NCBI GenBank assembly: GCA_965649115.1
Contig: CBFGJN010000011.1
Coordinates: 1-41,892, forward strand
Origin: a candidate division WOR-3 bacterium
Lineage (GTDB): Bacteria; Hydrothermota; Hydrothermia; LBFQ01; DSFT01
Direction: 5' to 3'
Length of the DNA: 41,892 bases
Shown here: piece by piece, positions 38,107-41,892 of the stretch
Layout: each line of letters starts with the position of its first letter
How positions within the stretch are numbered: the first letter of the stretch is position 1
The notes under the pieces: generated by a model
Told to the model about the DNA's origin: nothing
Database searches by the model: none
What the model saw: the letters and a program-made list of their open reading frames with translations, nothing else
Translations under genes and position numbers: made by a program

Positions 38107-38220
38107 TGGTGTGTCTATCAATTTTTCGGCAAGAGGGCTTTCGCCTCCTATCAAAAAACCCCAATTAAATCAATAGTTAGTGTGGTTGGGGAAAATATAG
38201 AAAAAATTATATTTAAAGCA
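38107..38220. repeat. MITE remnant 9 bp after the previous end
   Basis: TGGTGTGTCTA start, TTTTCGGC, AAATCAATAG. Confidence 0.6.
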
Positions 38221-38253
38221 AGATTTTGGAATCAGCGTAATTATTGAACATAA

Positions 38254-39552
38254 CTAATAAAATTTACTTTTAGTTATTTTAAATTTTGAAAGGAACTTTC
38301 TAATCAAAATTGTTGAAGTATATGTTGCCATAATTCCAATTTTTTTATAATCAGAATTTAAAGCAGTTTCTATACAATTTTTGTAATTTTCAAAAATTTT
38401 AAAATTATTATAATTAGCATATTTAAGCCTAATTGCCATATCATAAGTTCTATTTCCTGTTATGAAAATCTCTTTTGAATTTATTAAATTCTCAAAATCA
38501 ACATCCCATAACCAAGAAACATCATGACCATCAGCTGTCCAATCATTTATTGAAATAATTATTAAATCAAAGTTTTCTTCATACGCTATTCTTAAAGTCT
38601 CATTAAATCCAACGGGATTTTTCACAAGCATTAAAATAATTTCCTTGTCTTTATATTTTAAAATTTCTCCTCTTGAAAAGGGGACTTTAAAATTTTTAGA
38701 AATTTCAAAAAATTCATTAATGGAAAAACCTATTAGATTACATATAGCAAGAGCACACAAAACGTTATAAGCATTATAGAATCCACTAACATTTAAAAAG
38801 TAATATCTTCCATTTATTTTCAATTCAATTCCTCTAAAACCATATGTTTTAACATCTTCAAATTCCAAATAGTTTTTAGGATTTTTAAATCCACAAATTG
38901 AACATTCATAATTACCAAGATGCGAATAATAAATTTTATTATATTTTAGTGGAACTTTACAATTTGGACAATAATGACTATCACTTGCATTTTCTATTTC
39001 ATTTAATCTTGAATAATTTAAATTTAATCCATAAAATAATGTGTTAAAATTCTTGAAATGATAAGCAAGAGATGGGTCATCAGAATTCACTATAAATTTT
39101 GTCCCTTTTAAATGCTTAAAATTTTCAATCCATAATGTTCTAATTTTATTAACTTCGGTATATCTATCAAGTTGGTCTCTAAAAACATTAGTAATTGCTA
39201 TTATTTCAGGTTCTCTTATTTTAATAATTTTATTTATGTGAAATTCATCAATCTCAAAGACACCTATTTTTCCAATTTTTTTAAAAAAGCTTGTAGCAAT
39301 TCCATAAATTAAATTTGAACCTTCTTTATTATTTGTAATCTCATATTTATTTGATAGGACAAAAGATGTTAAATTGCTAGTTGTAGTTTTGCCATTAGTT
39401 CCCGTTATTAAAATATAAAAATCAAGTTTATATAGCATTTTTTTTAAAAAATTTTTATCAAAATTCAAAATAAATCTTCCCGCAAATGTTGAACCATCGC
39501 CAAGTTTTAATGCTCTAATTGTTTTTATAAGAAATTTACCAATTTCAATCAT
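38254..39552 (-). CDS. murT: MurT-type ligase (lipid II isoglutaminyl synthase subunit, DUF1727)
   Basis: TGTNGKTTT, FRDQLDRY, CPNC..CSIC zinc ribbon, LVKNPVG, DGHDVSWLWDVDFE. Confidence 0.9.
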   Translation of the reverse strand: MIEIGKFLIKTIRALKLGDGSTFAGRFILNFDKNFLKKMLYKLDFYILITGTNGKTTTSNLTSFVLSNKYEITNNKEGSNLIYGIATSFFKKIGKIGVFEIDEFHINKIIKIREPEIIAITNVFRDQLDRYTEVNKIRTLWIENFKHLKGTKFIVNSDDPSLAYHFKNFNTLFYGLNLNYSRLNEIENASDSHYCPNCKVPLKYNKIYYSHLGNYECSICGFKNPKNYLEFEDVKTYGFRGIELKINGRYYFLNVSGFYNAYNVLCALAICNLIGFSINEFFEISKNFKVPFSRGEILKYKDKEIILMLVKNPVGFNETLRIAYEENFDLIIISINDWTADGHDVSWLWDVDFENLINSKEIFITGNRTYDMAIRLKYANYNNFKIFENYKNCIETALNSDYKKIGIMATYTSTILIRKFLSKFKITKSKFY

Positions 39553-39887
39553 TTCCTTTTAGAAAAGAAATATATTAAAATTCCTAAAAATGATATAATG
39601 AGAATAAAATATGGCATAATCCATAGAAAATTATAAATACCCTTTTTAGGTGGTTCAGCTAAAATTTTTTCTCCATAAATTGATACGAAATAATCTAAAA
39701 TTTCTTTTTCAGTTTTTCCTTCCTTTAACATTTGTTTTATTTTGTTTCTCATATCAACAGCTAAATCACTTTGGGAGTAAGCAACACTTTCACCAAGACA
39801 AACTAAACAATTTAATTTTTTTGCAATTTCAAAAACCTTATTATCTAAATTCGTTGTGTCTATTAATGTCGCAATAAGAAAAACCAT
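39549..39887 (-). CDS. ccmH: cytochrome c biogenesis protein CcmH/NrfF
   Basis: LNCLVC, SQSDLAVDMR, YGEKILAEPP, C-terminal TM. Confidence 0.88.
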   Translation of the reverse strand: MVFLIATLIDTTNLDNKVFEIAKKLNCLVCLGESVAYSQSDLAVDMRNKIKQMLKEGKTEKEILDYFVSIYGEKILAEPPKKGIYNFLWIMPYFILIISFLGILIYFFSKRK

Positions 39888-40918
39888 ATTAAAATTCCTA
39901 TTAAAGTTAATGTTAAAGAAATTATAAGAATTGGAATGGAATTAACATTTCGTTTTTCTTCTATAAATTCAAATTCGGTTTCACTATCATCACTTATTGG
40001 GACAAATTGAGTTTTTTTCCCACTTTCTGTTTCTTCTTCTTGAACAATTCCTCCTCTAACTACTTCATTTTTAATATCAGTTTTTCTAAATTCAATATAG
40101 TAATTTTCAATAATGTTAGCATCTAATATAGCTTGTGCAAATTCATAAGCACTTTGAAATCTTTCAGAAGGGATTTTATTTAAAGCTTTTAAAACAATTT
40201 CATCTAGAACTTTTGGAACATTAGGATTATAGTAGGAAGGAGGTTTTGGATTTTCTGAAAATATCTTTCTTTGAAGTTCCCATATATCATTTCCAACAAA
40301 TGGTAAATTCCCTGTTAAACTTTCGTATAAAACAACACCAAGAGAATATAAATCACTCCTTTTATCAATTTTTCCTTTAAATTGCTCCGGTGCCATGTAT
40401 TCGGGTGTCCCTGGGACCTTTCCTTTTTCTTTGTCTTCTGTCATAAGTGCAGCTATTCCAAAGTCAAGCAAATAAACCCTTTTTTCAGGTGTTATCATAA
40501 TATTACCAGGTTTAATGTCTCTGTGAATGATATTTTTTTGATGAGCATAATCAAGAGCCTTAAGGACTTCAAGAATAATATAACATGCATCCTTAATATC
40601 TAACCTTCCTTCTCTTCTTATTATTCTCTCAAGTGTTTCACCATTTACATAGTACATCACAAGGTAAAGATTATTATCAATAATCCCAAAATCATAAACT
40701 TTAACAATGTTTGGATGTTCTAATTCTTGTGCTACTAATCTTGCTTCCCTAAAAAATAGTTCTTTTGCTCTTTCGTCCTTTGAATACTCTGGATATAAAA
40801 TTTTTATAGCAACCCTTCTTCTAACAATGGGTTGAATGGCTTCATAGACTTCTGCCATTCCACCAGATGCTATTTTTCTTATTATCTTATATTTATCAGC
40901 TATAACTGAACCTATCAT
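39863..40918 (-). CDS. Hanks-type Ser/Thr protein kinase with C-terminal TM anchor
   Basis: GGMAEVY, VAIK, HRDIKPGN, DFG, GTPEYMAPE. Confidence 0.93.
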   Translation of the reverse strand: MIGSVIADKYKIIRKIASGGMAEVYEAIQPIVRRRVAIKILYPEYSKDERAKELFFREARLVAQELEHPNIVKVYDFGIIDNNLYLVMYYVNGETLERIIRREGRLDIKDACYIILEVLKALDYAHQKNIIHRDIKPGNIMITPEKRVYLLDFGIAALMTEDKEKGKVPGTPEYMAPEQFKGKIDKRSDLYSLGVVLYESLTGNLPFVGNDIWELQRKIFSENPKPPSYYNPNVPKVLDEIVLKALNKIPSERFQSAYEFAQAILDANIIENYYIEFRKTDIKNEVVRGGIVQEEETESGKKTQFVPISDDSETEFEFIEEKRNVNSIPILIISLTLTLIGILIWFFLLRH

Positions 40919-40957
40919 TTATATTGATAATTTTAAAGTAAAAAATTTAATTTCGGT

Positions 40958-41080
40958 TGCCTTATTCTGCCCACCCGCCCTACGAAATAAGGCAGAGCCT
41001 TATAAATGCCCCATTTTTTGCCTTTGGGGGGCGAAGCCTCATTAAACCCCCCGTAAAATCTTTGATTTCTAGTAATTTTT
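40958..41080 (+). repeat. partial MITE copy
   Basis: TGCCTT..CCCACCCGCCC, AAGGCAGAGCCTT, GGGGGGCGAAGCC. Confidence 0.75.
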
Positions 41081-41126
41081 TCACAAGCTTAGGCTTCAAT
41101 TTCAGAGTATTATACCCCCCCAAAAT

Positions 41127-41381
41127 TTATCTTGGACCTATCGTATAGCAATTTTCAATTTCGTAGCTATGCTCTTTATTACTATATAATTCCAATTCTA
41201 TATTTCCGTCCTTTTCTCTTTGAACAACCTCATTGCTTGGAATATAAACTTTTATGTTATCTTTTACACACACTTTCTTGTTTCTCATATCGTTTATATT
41301 TATTTTGAATTCATAGGGTTCTTTTAGATCAATTTTTTGAGTTTTTGCATCATCAATAGCAAATAACATTATCACACTCAT
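41127..41381 (-). CDS. hypothetical protein (84 aa)
   Basis: SD AAGGAGG before ATG 41381 and -10 motif at 41422-41427; the longer ORF-track start lies in a MITE. Confidence 0.65.
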   Translation of the reverse strand: MSVIMLFAIDDAKTQKIDLKEPYEFKININDMRNKKVCVKDNIKVYIPSNEVVQREKDGNIELELYSNKEHSYEIENCYTIGPR

Positions 41382-41449
41382 ACTCTTTAACCTCCTTTTG
41401 GTTAAATAAAAAAGGTTGAAAATTTTAAAGCATAAAATTTTGCCTCGGG

Positions 41450-41587
41450 TGCTGTGTTCGGTAATTCTAAAACTATTTATTTTATTATATTTTGCCCACC
41501 TACCCCAAAACAAGGCCTCGCCTTTAAACTTCGCCCTCTTTAAAAACTATAATTTTAAAAAATTTTTTATAATTATTAGATAAGGCA
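41450..41587 (+). mobile_element. degenerate short MITE copy
   Basis: TGCTGTGTTCGGTAATT...AATTATTAGATAAGGCA. Confidence 0.75.
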
Positions 41588-41596
41588 CTTAGTAGA

Positions 41597-41777
41597 TGTT
41601 TTGTCCAATAATTATTGTTAAGCGATTGATAATCAATAATTTATAAGATTTTTAAGGAAATTGTTGATTTATTGGGGGGATTATTAGGGGGGCTCTGCCC
41701 CCCCAAAGCAAAAAATGGGTACTTTAAAGCCGAAGGCTTTTGAAAAATAAATAATTCCAGAATTTTTGGACACAGCA
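41597..41777 (-). mobile_element. MITE copy with perfect 9-bp TSD
   Basis: CTTAGTAGA at 41588-41596 and 41778-41786. Confidence 0.92.
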
Positions 41778-41793
41778 CTTAGTAGAAGAAATT

Positions 41794-41892
41794 TGCTTTG
41801 TCCAATAATTATTGTTAAGCGATTGATAATCAATAATTTATAAAATTTTTAAGGAAATTGTTGATTTATTGGGGGGATTATTAGGGGGGCTC
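41794..41892 (-). mobile_element. MITE copy, truncated by window end
   Basis: TGCTTTGTCCAATAATTATTGTTAAGCG, near-identical to the 41597 copy. Confidence 0.88.

Noticed and set aside
6532..40603. Short antisense ORFs (6532, 8846, 16218, 18697, 19771, 26781, 27014, 30920, 32043, 33272, 35137, 36641, 39650, 40382)
   Set aside because: They are shadows of better-supported genes on the opposite strand, with no motifs or start signals.
32839..41449. TGCCTCGGG at 32839-32847 and 41441-41449 as a TSD of a large element
   Set aside because: It resembles the MITE-internal TGCCTTGGGG segment, and the 32839 copy does not abut a TIR.

Overview
Very AT-rich bacterial chromosomal segment (roughly 25% GC by eye). 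It probably comes from a diderm, since it encodes predicted outer-membrane barrels and a T9SS-type C-terminal domain; WOR-3-like or hot-spring affinity is only a guess. It holds about 40 CDS, mostly housekeeping: pduO, lpdA, purB, thiI, pyrR, rplU-prfA, folD, queD, polX, murT, ccmH, a LonC-type protease and a Ser/Thr kinase. It also has a ba3-type (B-family) oxidase operon with an unannotated subunit IIa, an orphan cas6 and a yeaH-spoVR pair. No rRNA, tRNA, CRISPR array or transposase was seen. Five main observations: (1) An ~200-bp MITE family with 17-bp TIRs, 8-9-bp TSDs, covarying hairpins and paired IHF-like boxes fills most intergenic gaps, and neighbouring copies repeatedly sit exactly 9 bp apart. 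(2) A 1.4-kb MITE-bounded composite element with a perfect 9-bp TSD carries a coiled-coil/PD-(D/E)xK gene and an RHH-like gene. (3) An 831-aa tandem tyrosine phenol-lyase has two halves that lost complementary catalytic motifs, suggesting a single-chain pseudo-heterodimer. (4) A CTTTAAAATTT-type -10 motif precedes all 18 transcription-unit heads, usually 6-12 nt before the start codon, implying leaderless-type expression. (5) Predicted exported proteins have ultra-short, uncharged N-terminal leaders.
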